Shown: positions 9,203-19,637, numbered from the stretch's first letter. The stretch is DNA of 64,000 bases from Candidatus Hermodarchaeota archaeon (GCA_048885925.1 JBHLLG010000005.1:26867-90866); one strand, 5' to 3'. Numbers and translations are program-made. The notes: generated by a model not told the origin, from the letters alone.

Positions 9203-10969
9203 GTGTTAGAAATGAAATTCAATAAGTTAGCAGATTTGTTTTCAGAACTAGAAAGTACTACAAAAAGGCTTGAAATGATTGATCTTTTAGCGAAATTTTT
9301 TGAAGAAATAAAAAATACGAAAAATTTTGAAGACTTAGATAAAGTTGTTTACCTCTTACAAGGTTATTTAGTACCAAACATTAAAAAGTTTCCAAAAATG
9401 GGATTAGCTGAAAAAATGATAATCGAAGCATTATCAGTCCATTCTGGGATTGATGGAAAAAGAATTAAAGAAGTTCTAGTAAAAGAAGGGGATATTGGAG
9501 CTGCTGCAGAGTTAATATTAGCAAAAAAAAAGAAGCAAAAATCATTATTTGACTATAATTTATCAAATGAAAAAACAAGTATTTCGATAGAAATCTCTGA
9601 ATTATATTCAGAATTAAAAAGAATAGCATTAAGCGAGGGTTCTGGTTCCCAAGATGCTAAATTAGGGATATTAAGAGGATTAATGAGGAAATGTTCTCCA
9701 TTAGAGACAAAATATTTACTGAGAATAATTACTTCCACATTAAGAGTAGGGGTTCAATCACCAACAATTATAGAAGGCTTAGCTCTCGCTTTTACGGGTA
9801 TAAAAGCAAATAAAGAGTTCATTGAAAGAGCTTATACTTTATATCCTGATCTTGGTGAAATAGCTAAAATATTAGCTGAAAAAAGTCTTGAAGAAGTTAA
9901 AAAGATAGATATACAATATGGAACTCCAATTCTAAGTATGCTTGCTTCTCGAGAAGTTTATACAGAATTTATAAGTAGATTGGGTGTTCCTTTCATAGCT
10001 GAACATAAATTAGATGGAGAAAGACTTCAAATCCATAAAAGGGGAGATGATATAATCTTATTTTCAAGACGTTTATTAGATATTTCAGACCAATATCCCG
10101 ATGTATGTCAAGTTTTAAGAGAAAACATTCATGCTGAAAATGTAATCTTTGAAGGAGAGGTTGTAGCTATGGATCCATTTTATGAAAAGATGCTTCCTTT
10201 TCAAGTTTTGAGCCAAAGAAGAAGAAAATATAATGTTGATGATATATCTAAAAAAATACCCGTGTGTTTATTTGTATTTGATCTTTTAAAGGTTGAGAAT
10301 GAATCATATGTGGATAAGCCGTTACCAAAGCGTCGTAAAAAATTAGAGGAAATTATAGAAGAGAGAGATGAGTTGCGACTTGTTAAATCGGTAATTATAA
10401 ATACTACTGAGCAATTACTCGAATTCTTTCATAAAGCTAGAGAAGAAGGAACTGAGGGAATTATGGCAAAATCACTACAGGATAATTCAATATATCAAGC
10501 AGGGAATCGTGGTTTTTTGTGGCTTAAGCTAAAAGGTTTAGAAGGGGGAAAGTTAAAAGATAGTATAGATGTTGTATTGGTTGGTGCTTTTTACGGAAGA
10601 GGTCGCAGAAAAGGATGGTATGGAACTTATATAGGAGCTGTTTATGATCCTGATAACGATAGATTTGTAGCATTTTCACGTGTATCTTCAGGATGGACAG
10701 ATGAGATTATGGAAAGTCTAACAAAAGAAATGAAGCAATATGAAATAGATAAAGTTGCATCTAATGTTATATGTGAGGATACTCCTGATACATGGCTTCA
10801 ACCTGAAGTAGTAATTGAGATAATAGGTGATGAAATAACAATAAGCGATAAATTTTCAACTTTAGGTTATTCTATGAGATTTCCCGTTTTTCAGAGATTA
10901 CGTCCTGAAAAAGGACCGAAAGATGTAACAACTATTCAAGAAATTCAAGAATTATATGAAACCCAATAA
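9203..10969 (+). CDS. lig: ATP-dependent DNA ligase
   Basis: EHKLDGER adenylation motif, EGIMAK, WLKLK, MRFPVF. Confidence 0.97.
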   Translation: MLEMKFNKLADLFSELESTTKRLEMIDLLAKFFEEIKNTKNFEDLDKVVYLLQGYLVPNIKKFPKMGLAEKMIIEALSVHSGIDGKRIKEVLVKEGDIGAAAELILAKKKKQKSLFDYNLSNEKTSISIEISELYSELKRIALSEGSGSQDAKLGILRGLMRKCSPLETKYLLRIITSTLRVGVQSPTIIEGLALAFTGIKANKEFIERAYTLYPDLGEIAKILAEKSLEEVKKIDIQYGTPILSMLASREVYTEFISRLGVPFIAEHKLDGERLQIHKRGDDIILFSRRLLDISDQYPDVCQVLRENIHAENVIFEGEVVAMDPFYEKMLPFQVLSQRRRKYNVDDISKKIPVCLFVFDLLKVENESYVDKPLPKRRKKLEEIIEERDELRLVKSVIINTTEQLLEFFHKAREEGTEGIMAKSLQDNSIYQAGNRGFLWLKLKGLEGGKLKDSIDVVLVGAFYGRGRRKGWYGTYIGAVYDPDNDRFVAFSRVSSGWTDEIMESLTKEMKQYEIDKVASNVICEDTPDTWLQPEVVIEIIGDEITISDKFSTLGYSMRFPVFQRLRPEKGPKDVTTIQEIQELYETQ

Positions 10970-11092
10970 AAGTTAATTCAGTTTTTACTTAATATTTATA
11001 ATTATTGCTAGGAGTTATATTCATTATTCTAAGTAAATTGCTATTAAATCTTTAAATTACTAATTTCAATTATATATTCCCTATACTAGTAA

Positions 11093-12595
11093 TTATTTAT
11101 ATATTTTCAATCCCTTATTTTGTAAAATTTTAATCGATTCCGGAATCTTTCTAATGTATTTATTAAAATTTAGATTAAGAATTTTTAATGAAGAAAGATA
11201 ACCCAATGAACTTGGTAGTGATTTTAGATTATTTCCCCATAAATTTAATTCTTCCAATGAAGAAAGAGAATCAATCCATTCTGGAAGAGTATTGAAATTA
11301 TTCCAGCTTAAATCTAATCTTTTGAGATGCTTTAAATCTTTAAGTGATTTAGGTAAATTTGTAAGTTTATTATTCCTCAATATTAAATTTTCTAATGATT
11401 TTAATGATCCTATTTCATTTGGAAGTTCTTTTATGTTATTATCATAAAGATTTAATTCTTTTAACGAGACTAATTTTCTTAGAATAGAAAAATTAAATGA
11501 TATTTGATTACCACCTAATCCTAGGATTTCTAGTGATTGTAGATTTTCTATCCATTCTGGAAGGACAATAAGCTTATTTAAACCTAATTCTAATTGTTTT
11601 AAAGAGTTAAATCCATTAATTGATTTAGGTAAATAGTTCAGTTGATTTCCATGTAGATCCAGAATTTCTAATGATTTCAAATCATAGATTTCTTTGGGTA
11701 GTGATTTTAAGTTGTTATGCCTCAAATCTAATTTCTTTAATTTCTTTAATCTTCCAATAATACTTGGAATCTCACTAATTTTATTATATTTTAAAATCAA
11801 ACGTTCTAATGACATTAAAGAACCAAAAGATTCAGGCAAACTTCTAATGTTATTATTGCTAAGATCTAGATATTTAAGATATTGAAGGTTACCAATCTTT
11901 TTAGGTAGATTTACAATTCTATTGATCTTCAAATCTAATTTCTCAAGATATTTAAGAACTATTATGAACTCTGGTAACCTTTTTAAAATTTTCCAGCCAA
12001 GAACATTGGAGCTGATTCCCGATAAGTCCAATGATATTACCAAACCATTCTTTAAGATATACTCTATATCTTTAAATTCCCTTTTAAAGTACCTAATGAT
12101 GATATAATTATTTAATATTTCAGAAAGTCTTATATTCGTAAATTTATAAATTTCCCCGGTTTTGAAGGTTTTTTGAAGACTTTTATTGAATTGATGGATA
12201 TCTATGTTTTTTATTTTATCAATTAAAAATGTTTTAACTTTATCGTTTATTATGTCCCCCATAGTAGAAACAATTTTAACCAAACAAATTATTGAAGTTT
12301 CATGATGAAACGCCCATTTCATAGGATTAAATGCCTTTTCTATAAAATTTTGATGAATAGCTTTAATTGCTGTATATCTAATCTCTTCGTGAGAATCAGA
12401 AATTAAAAGATTTTCAAATAATTTAAAAAACTCTTCACTTTTTGAACCAATTTTTATTAATATTTCAATACTTTCAATTCTTTTTATGGTATCATCGGAA
12501 TTGTTAACTAAAGCAATTAATTTATCTACAACAAACTGTTTCTCTAGATTTCCATTTAAAAATTCTTTGTAAATTGAATTTGGGGATAATTTCAT
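11093..12595 (-). CDS. HEAT-like N-terminus + leucine-rich repeat protein
   Basis: Many LxxLxLxxNxLxxLP repeats. Confidence 0.92.
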   Translation of the reverse strand: MKLSPNSIYKEFLNGNLEKQFVVDKLIALVNNSDDTIKRIESIEILIKIGSKSEEFFKLFENLLISDSHEEIRYTAIKAIHQNFIEKAFNPMKWAFHHETSIICLVKIVSTMGDIINDKVKTFLIDKIKNIDIHQFNKSLQKTFKTGEIYKFTNIRLSEILNNYIIIRYFKREFKDIEYILKNGLVISLDLSGISSNVLGWKILKRLPEFIIVLKYLEKLDLKINRIVNLPKKIGNLQYLKYLDLSNNNIRSLPESFGSLMSLERLILKYNKISEIPSIIGRLKKLKKLDLRHNNLKSLPKEIYDLKSLEILDLHGNQLNYLPKSINGFNSLKQLELGLNKLIVLPEWIENLQSLEILGLGGNQISFNFSILRKLVSLKELNLYDNNIKELPNEIGSLKSLENLILRNNKLTNLPKSLKDLKHLKRLDLSWNNFNTLPEWIDSLSSLEELNLWGNNLKSLPSSLGYLSSLKILNLNFNKYIRKIPESIKILQNKGLKIYK

Positions 12596-12655
12596 ATAAG
12601 TTTAATATCTATTTTTTAAAAATCTTAATTTAGATGAGAAAATTTAATTAAAAAT

Positions 12656-13741
12656 TTAAATTAATCCAGCAACATTAATAATTTCATTAGCAATTTCTTT
12701 TGGTTTGGTTTCCTCAATAAAATGCCCAAAACCTTTAAAAACTCTAATATGCTCATTAAGTTGTGGTAAATATGTTAACCATTGCCTAATTACTTCTGGT
12801 TTTGCGGATGGATCCCAATCACCAAGAATTGCTCTAATACCAATGCTTTGACCATTAGGTCCCCAGATATCACTAATATTGTCCTGAATAAAACGATAAA
12901 ATGATGAAGTGTCTCTATTGCCAAGTTGAGGTTCTAAATATATATTTCCATACCCCCATACAGGTGTTTGAAGAACTAAACGCTTTGAACTAAGTACATT
13001 TGATATTGATTTAAATTGTTGTTTAAATATCTTTTGAGCAATTTTCTCTCTTTTACGAAAAATACCAAATTCTTTTGCTATTATTGAGAAAATCATTCTT
13101 ATAAATAATGTCGTAGGGTTTGTAGGTTTACAAAAAATTGAAAATGAGGCAAATGAACCCCATAAACGGTTAGGAATTATTTTTGGACCTTTAGCCCAAT
13201 TTACCCATGAACCTGGAAAATTTTGATATGTTATTCCTTCTTCTGGAATAGGAAAAACTGTACTATTTAATATAATCAAGTTGGTTAATCGTTCGGGTTC
13301 TTTCAAGAAAGCCCCAATACCAATAGGACCTCCCCAATCATGTATAACGAGAGTTACATTTCTCAAATCCAAGTATTTTATGAGTTGTAATAAATTATTA
13401 GCATGATCCATGCATACCATTTCATAGGTTGCTTGATCTGACAAGCCAAATCCAATATGATCCATTGTCACGATCCTAAACGGTTTCTTGGCGTAATCGA
13501 TAATATATTTTATGACTTTTCTATAAGTATATGAATTTTCGGGATTCCCATGAATGAAGACAATATTAGATACTAGATTTCCTTTACCATGTGTACTATC
13601 CCTGAAAAATAATTTTTTTCCTTTATCTAGTCCTTCTGGTAGTTCAAACCAGAATCCACATTCTTCAGGGTAGTAATCATTAGGTATTTTTTTTATGGGT
13701 GTATTTCCGGGAGATCTTCTAATCTTTAAATCTGAGTTCAT
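12656..13741 (-). CDS. Alpha/beta hydrolase, haloalkane dehalogenase/OleB-like
   Basis: HGNP, DHIGFGLSD, HDWGG nucleophile motif, C-terminal GHF. Confidence 0.85.
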   Translation of the reverse strand: MNSDLKIRRSPGNTPIKKIPNDYYPEECGFWFELPEGLDKGKKLFFRDSTHGKGNLVSNIVFIHGNPENSYTYRKVIKYIIDYAKKPFRIVTMDHIGFGLSDQATYEMVCMDHANNLLQLIKYLDLRNVTLVIHDWGGPIGIGAFLKEPERLTNLIILNSTVFPIPEEGITYQNFPGSWVNWAKGPKIIPNRLWGSFASFSIFCKPTNPTTLFIRMIFSIIAKEFGIFRKREKIAQKIFKQQFKSISNVLSSKRLVLQTPVWGYGNIYLEPQLGNRDTSSFYRFIQDNISDIWGPNGQSIGIRAILGDWDPSAKPEVIRQWLTYLPQLNEHIRVFKGFGHFIEETKPKEIANEIINVAGLI

Positions 13742-13778
13742 TTAAATACCCAAAATAGTTAATATTATTTTAAAAAGG

Positions 13779-15617
13779 TTAAAAGGCAGATGCGATTGTT
13801 TGTTTTTTCAGACCTTTTATTATATGTTTATCCAATCCACTGTCACCTTTACTGGATTGTAATTTAGATAGAAAGCTTAGAAAGCGAGAGCGCTGCTTGA
13901 ATTTAAATTTATTCCATTTCAGATCAAATGGCCGTTTTGAAAGTAATTCAGTCTTATAAGGAATATCTCCTTCAGTTAATTTCTTATTTTTAAGATACAG
14001 ATATCTTTTTGCAGGTTCTTCTTTAGGATATCGATTAATTGGATCAAGGAAATTTTGAATCTTGAACTTTTTTGCTCGTTTTTCCATGTTTCTGGATAAA
14101 ACTCGTTGGATTGCTGTAGGTTCACCAATTAACTCACGATATTTCTGATCTATTTTGGTAACTCTCCGTCTTACAACTCCATTTGGAGCAAAACGATTCA
14201 TAGCTCCACACATACTTTGCAGTACTGCAGCTTGTTGTTTAAAGAATTTGGATTTATGTTCTCGTAATATTGGATTGTCTGAATTCAGACAAAATTCATA
14301 ACCTCTCAACAATACATCAAGTTTTCTTAGGATTGAAGGTCCCCATGTTTTATAAATTAAATCATAACCATATTCAGTTAAATTTAGAGTTTCATGAATT
14401 TCTAATGCTACATTTTCCTGAGAACCACTCCAAAAATGTACATCTTCCCAAGGAACATCCTTTAAACGTCCACATTTTTTCATCTTATTATATAGAGCAG
14501 TTCCAGGAAATGGGCTTAATCTTGTGAGTTGCTCATAGGTAGGGTAGCAAGCTACGAAATAATTAAGGTCTTCATATATATTTGAGTGATCATGAAAATC
14601 CCATCCACAAATCCAAGCACCAATAGTGCGTATTCCCATGTTATGAAGATTATTAAACACTTCTCGAGCATCTGCTTCTTTTACTTTAGTATAGCCATGT
14701 TCCCCAGCAAATTTTGATTCAACACCTATAAAAATAGCACCTATTCCGATTTCAGCTATAGCATCCCATCCATACTTGTCAGCGAAGTTCCAAATATGAT
14801 CTACTGAACCAAATGCGAACCAATCAAGAGTTTCCACTACTTTAGGGTTGCTTTCCCAATACTCCTTAGTTTTTATTAAATATTCGGGATATCGGAAGTG
14901 ATCTTCTTCAATTACAAAAATCTGAGATAAATCTGGGAAATATTTATGATACAAATGCATATGTTTTACCAATTCTTCTGGTGATAGTAATTGTATTCTT
15001 TTGTACCCAAACATCTCAGTAGTAGAACAAAAATCACAAGCACCTGGACATCCTAAACCCGATACTAAGAATCCAATAGTTCCTCTGGGATATTTATCTA
15101 TAAACCAAAGAGAGCCCCCACATTTCGGCATTAGTTTTTGTACAATAGGACGATTTGAATCTTCACCAAGTAGTTCACGCATAAATTTCACTCCTTCACC
15201 CTTCACCGCGAAATCTACATATTTCTTTTGAGTCTCCTCATCATATTTCGCTTTAAATGCTTGTGCACCATATGAACCAATCATTAGCTTTGTTTCGGGA
15301 CTATTTTTTCGAACATATTCACACATTTTTAATACATTATCCAGATGTACTGGAAAACAACTAATTCCGATGTAATCATATCCCTTATCTACTTCTTTTG
15401 TAAAATGTTCCCATCTAGGATATTCAAGTAAAGTGGTGGGTTCATCAATATTTTGTGCCAAAATATGATTCCCAAAACAATGTGTATGAGAAATTATTGT
15501 AAAGATATCATCCCCATGAGTAAAACGTTGTCCAGTAGCATCTGTTAAAGAATCATTTGCTGGAAGTGTTGGATATGGATACGTAGGAGTAGTTAATAAA
15601 ATGCGAGGATCTTTCAT
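13779..15617 (-). CDS. B12-binding-domain radical SAM protein
   Basis: GCPGACDFC (CxxxCxxC), IGVES, PFPGT; N-terminal cobalamin-binding-like region. Confidence 0.85.
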   Translation of the reverse strand: MKDPRILLTTPTYPYPTLPANDSLTDATGQRFTHGDDIFTIISHTHCFGNHILAQNIDEPTTLLEYPRWEHFTKEVDKGYDYIGISCFPVHLDNVLKMCEYVRKNSPETKLMIGSYGAQAFKAKYDEETQKKYVDFAVKGEGVKFMRELLGEDSNRPIVQKLMPKCGGSLWFIDKYPRGTIGFLVSGLGCPGACDFCSTTEMFGYKRIQLLSPEELVKHMHLYHKYFPDLSQIFVIEEDHFRYPEYLIKTKEYWESNPKVVETLDWFAFGSVDHIWNFADKYGWDAIAEIGIGAIFIGVESKFAGEHGYTKVKEADAREVFNNLHNMGIRTIGAWICGWDFHDHSNIYEDLNYFVACYPTYEQLTRLSPFPGTALYNKMKKCGRLKDVPWEDVHFWSGSQENVALEIHETLNLTEYGYDLIYKTWGPSILRKLDVLLRGYEFCLNSDNPILREHKSKFFKQQAAVLQSMCGAMNRFAPNGVVRRRVTKIDQKYRELIGEPTAIQRVLSRNMEKRAKKFKIQNFLDPINRYPKEEPAKRYLYLKNKKLTEGDIPYKTELLSKRPFDLKWNKFKFKQRSRFLSFLSKLQSSKGDSGLDKHIIKGLKKQTIASAF

Positions 15618-15690
15618 TATTTAGCCTTTAATACTTTTTTTATCAGTTTACGTGTTAATTTATATTTGGGTTAAAATCAATATATAAATA

Positions 15691-15705
15691 TTGTGCAATA
15701 CACAA
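15691..15705. promoter_or_regulatory. Palindromic operator candidate TTGTG-N5-CACAA beside a TATA-like box
   Basis: Perfect 5-bp inverted repeat just downstream of TATATAAA (15681-15688), between the divergent radical SAM and regulator genes. Confidence 0.45.
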
Positions 15706-15741
15706 CAATTGATCAGAGCATGTAATTAAAGTAATAATTTT

Positions 15742-16431
15742 ATGATGGATTTAGCTAAAAAAAATGATTATAAATCAAAGATATTAGAAACTTTAGATGA
15801 TTTTCCATCTGGATTAACTATATCAGATATCTCTGATAAAACGGGAGCTCATCGCAATACGGTATCAAATCACTTGAGGTCATTGGAAAATGAGGGTTTG
15901 GTCTTAAAGAAAGAGATTGGTTCAGCGCATTTATACTTTAGCAAGAGGAGAGAATATTTGAATAAAAATTTAGTAAATTCATTCCTCCAAGCTCTCTTAT
16001 TTGGTTTAAAAAATAAATTCCCCCATAAAGAAGAACTATTTAAAGAAATTGGTCATGAAATTCTTAAAAAATTTAAATTTCCTATTGGTGAGGCTTATAT
16101 TGAAGAATTTAAGAAAGCTAGAAAAACGAATGATCCAATTGCTCAGTTGAAATTATTTGAAAGGTTTTATAACTCTTATGATTTTTTTCAAGATGATATC
16201 TATATTTCAATACAAGAGCTTTCTCAAAATAAGGCTGTATTTCGATTAATTAATTCAGAATATTTAAAAGATAAGGATGAGTTTATATATTTCTTTTATA
16301 TTGCTTGTGGGATTACGGAAGGAATATATTTAGAGAATCTTAATAAAAAGGTCTTATGCAACGTTGAAAAGGTCCATATATCAAAAAATGAAGATGATTC
16401 GTATATTGATATTTCTTTAAAAATTCTATAG
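15742..16431 (+). CDS. Winged-HTH (ArsR-like) + V4R-like transcriptional regulator
   Basis: LTISDISDKTGAHRNTVSNHLRSLE HTH; C-terminal ACGITEG...CNVEK V4R-like region. Confidence 0.8.
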   Translation: MMDLAKKNDYKSKILETLDDFPSGLTISDISDKTGAHRNTVSNHLRSLENEGLVLKKEIGSAHLYFSKRREYLNKNLVNSFLQALLFGLKNKFPHKEELFKEIGHEILKKFKFPIGEAYIEEFKKARKTNDPIAQLKLFERFYNSYDFFQDDIYISIQELSQNKAVFRLINSEYLKDKDEFIYFFYIACGITEGIYLENLNKKVLCNVEKVHISKNEDDSYIDISLKIL

Positions 16432-16493
16432 TAAGTTATAGGTTATATTCTAATTCTTTAAGAGCATCCTATTGTGGATTTCCAGTGTTTTAA

Positions 16494-17993
16494 TTATAAT
16501 TTTATAACTAGATCACTTTTCTTTTTAAAATCACTTAAAAATGTTGGTAATTGATTCAATCTATTAAAACTTAGATCTAAGACTTTTAGATTAGATAATA
16601 AGCTTATAGATTTGGGGAGGGTTTCAACTTGGTTTCCCCAAAGATTTAATTCTTCTAATGAATTAAGTTCGCCGATCCATTCTGGTATTTGAGTAAAATT
16701 ATTCCAACTTAAATTAAGTTTCTTAATTTTACGTAAAAATTTAAATGTTTCTGGTAAATGTGAAAGTTGATTATTTCTTAAAACCAATACTTCTAAAGAA
16801 TATAAATTACCCATCGATTTTGGCAATGCAATTATATTATTGTCATATAGATCCAATATTTTTAATAATTGAAATGAACAAATCCATTTTGGAATCATTT
16901 TTAATTTATTTCCACTCATACCAAGACTTTCTAATGACTTAAGCGATTTTATAGTAGTTGGGACCTCTAAAAAGTTATTCCACCCTAACTCTAATTCTTT
17001 AATTGAATTTGGCAGTTTAAATTCTATTGAATTTATTTTATTCCCATGCAGGTTTAAGTTCTCGAGGAATTTGAGAGATTTAATTGATTTAGGTATTTTG
17101 TTAAGCATATTATTCCTTAAATTGATTGTTTGAAGTAGTTTTAAACTACTTAAAGATTCAGGTATAGATCTTAATCGATTAGATTTCAAATTTAGATGTT
17201 TTAGAGAGGTTAAATTTTGAATAGATGTTGGAAGGTTAATTATTTTATTATAACTCAAATCTAATGAAATAATTGAATCTAATTTTTTTGAGATTTCTGG
17301 TATATACATTAAATTGTTAAATCTTAAATCAAGAACCTCAAGATGCTTTAAAGAACTTATTATTTCGAGGAAATCTGGTATAAAGATTCCTTGAGGATCT
17401 ACATTCGTTAAATCTAACGTAGTAACATAGCCGAAATTATCAAATTCATATTTTAAATAGCCAAAGCGAATTTTTAAAAATGAGATAAAATAATAATTTA
17501 TCAAAATTTCAGCAAGTTCTTGAGTGGGAATATTTTCAATTTTTCTTGCTCTAAAGGAGTTTTTTAAATTATATTTGCATTTTTGATTATAAAGAGTGTT
17601 TAATTTCTCCATTAAGATAAATCTAGATTTTAGATTATTGATTTTAGATAATGTGGAGATGGCTGTAATCATGCATCGTAAGGATGTTTCATGTTCAATA
17701 ACCCATTTCATTGGTTCTAAGGCTTTATGTAAAAAAAATTTTTTCATGTAAGATGCTGCGATATTTCGTATTTTTTCATCTGAATCAGAAACTAGTAGAT
17801 TTTCTAAGAGTTTAAATACTTTTTCATCTTTACTTTGGATTTTCTTTAGGATTTGAAGGCACTCTATTCTAATATCAATATTATCAGTATTTTCTATAAA
17901 AGTAATCAGTAATTCAAGAGCAGAAGAGTAATCTAAATCTTTATTTCTTAAATTCTCGTAAATTGCTTTTGGAGTTAAAGACATATTATTCAT
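16494..17993 (-). CDS. HEAT-like N-terminus + leucine-rich repeat protein
   Basis: LRR repeats; close paralog of 11093-12595 (e.g. LNLSWNNF..PEWI..L.SLEELNLWGN). Confidence 0.92.
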   Translation of the reverse strand: MNNMSLTPKAIYENLRNKDLDYSSALELLITFIENTDNIDIRIECLQILKKIQSKDEKVFKLLENLLVSDSDEKIRNIAASYMKKFFLHKALEPMKWVIEHETSLRCMITAISTLSKINNLKSRFILMEKLNTLYNQKCKYNLKNSFRARKIENIPTQELAEILINYYFISFLKIRFGYLKYEFDNFGYVTTLDLTNVDPQGIFIPDFLEIISSLKHLEVLDLRFNNLMYIPEISKKLDSIISLDLSYNKIINLPTSIQNLTSLKHLNLKSNRLRSIPESLSSLKLLQTINLRNNMLNKIPKSIKSLKFLENLNLHGNKINSIEFKLPNSIKELELGWNNFLEVPTTIKSLKSLESLGMSGNKLKMIPKWICSFQLLKILDLYDNNIIALPKSMGNLYSLEVLVLRNNQLSHLPETFKFLRKIKKLNLSWNNFTQIPEWIGELNSLEELNLWGNQVETLPKSISLLSNLKVLDLSFNRLNQLPTFLSDFKKKSDLVIKL

Positions 17994-18017
17994 GGTTAAA
18001 TTAAAATTTGTATTAAG

Positions 18018-19586
18018 TTAGACTCTTTGAATCACCATACCTCCTAACCTTATTGGACCACCGCTAGCATTGTATATTTTTTCTGCCTTTCTTAATTTGG
18101 ATTCACTATGAGAGTAAACTTTAAAAACAAGATCTCCCTTTTTAATTTTTGCTCCTTGTTTTTTAATTATTTCTACACCAGAAACTTTAGAACTTGGACA
18201 TCCTGCAGCTTTAGCAATCTGATTAATTATTGAATTATTTACTTCAACAATATATCCATCTTTAGTGGCAAAGAATTCTTTTATGTGTGGTCCTAATTCA
18301 ATATCTTCTGGAGTAATTTCCGGATCACCGCCTTGAGCTTCAATGATTTTTTTCATTTTTTCGTAAGCTTTTCCAGAACTTAAGATGTCTTTAGCTAGAG
18401 TTTGACCCATACCTTTCTGAGCTTTACCACTCATTTCAAGAAGAATACCTGCCAAGTCAGTAGATTTTTCTATTAAAGAATTTGGGCCAGCAGAATAATC
18501 GCGTAATAGTGTAAGAGCTTCTTTAGCTTCTATAGCAGGCCCTACAGCATGACCTATAGGTTGATGAGCTAGTGTGAGGGCGCATTCAGCTTCAATACCT
18601 ACATTTGCAGCAATTTCTTTAAATAAATAGGCGAATTGTTTTCCCTTATCAGCGGTTGTAAATTTAGTTCCTTCACCCACAGGTATATCAAGTACAAGCT
18701 TTTTTACTCCTAGAGACAATTTTTTTGTAAGGATTGAGGGTATCATAAGACCAATAGGATCCATATGTAAGGGGCGTTCGATTTCAATTAATATGTTATC
18801 TGCAGGTGCTGTTTCAAGCGCTCCACCCCATATTATACAAGCATTTTCTTTGGATACAATTTCTTTTAATTCTGTCGGTGTGAACGCAACAGGGGCTAAT
18901 ACTTCCATAGAATCTGCGGTTCCAGATGGAGATGTTATTGCTCTTGTAGAAGATTTTGGAATTGTTAATCCTGCTGCTGCAACAATTGGTACTATAATAA
19001 GAGAGACTTTATTTCCAGGAACGCCGCCTTTTAACAAAACTTACGAAATGTAAATTTTTGTGCTATGTTTATCATAGACATCCATTCCAAAATAAAAAAT
19101 CTCTCCACTTCGTGTTTCTGCTAACGTTAAAGCTGTCATCTCTTCATTATCCATTCCATTAATTGCAACTCCAGTTATAAAAGCAGCTAAATCGATTCGT
19201 GACAAGGAACCTGAGACAGCATCAGATACGATCTTACCTATTTCTTCACTTGACAATCTATTTCCTTTAACCTTTTTTTGAATATATTTAAATGAATCTG
19301 GTGGATCTGCCGGTTTAACTGAAAGTATCATATCATCTTTTAAATTTCTTTTTTCCCGCAATATATTCAAAAATATACCAATTTCACCTTGTTTAACAAT
19401 AGAATCCGAATAATCTATTTGTAATATTGCTACCCAGTATTTTTCTTCAATAGATTTTGTCTGCGGATTTTTAATAATGATCCTTTCTCCTGCCTTTTGC
19501 CCGAGTTCTTGAGCATCTTTAATGTTTACAACTACATCTTTAGTATTTCCTGTTTCAAAATTTATTTTTTTTACTTTAAGTTTCAT
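18018..19586 (-). CDS. deoA: AMP phosphorylase, intron-interrupted: complement(join(18018..19029,19060..19586)), 512 aa
   Basis: The two track ORFs are in the same frame; removing 30 nt yields DKHSTGGVPGNK; KSSTRAITSPSGTAD, APAD and DIPVG motifs; N-terminal extension typical of archaeal AMP phosphorylase. Confidence 0.9.
19030..19059 (-). other. Candidate 30-nt BHB/BHL-type mRNA intron
   Basis: RNA: UAGC-AC^A-AAAAUUUAC-AUUUC-GUAAGUUUU-GUUA-AA^A-GGC; 4-bp helix UAGC/GUUA, 3-nt bulges, 9-bp intron stem, contains in-frame UAA. Confidence 0.85.
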
Positions 19587-19637
19587 ATCACTTTATATCT
19601 TTTTATTTTGAGATAGAAATATATAAAAAAAAAAAGA

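Noticed and set aside
19030-19059. deoA split explained as pseudogene, UAA readthrough or ribosomal hop (AAA...AAA)
   Set aside because: Readthrough leaves 10 extra residues in the active-site motif and an AAA-to-AAA hop leaves an extra Lys; canonical BHB cuts restore it exactly, and both halves are otherwise intact.
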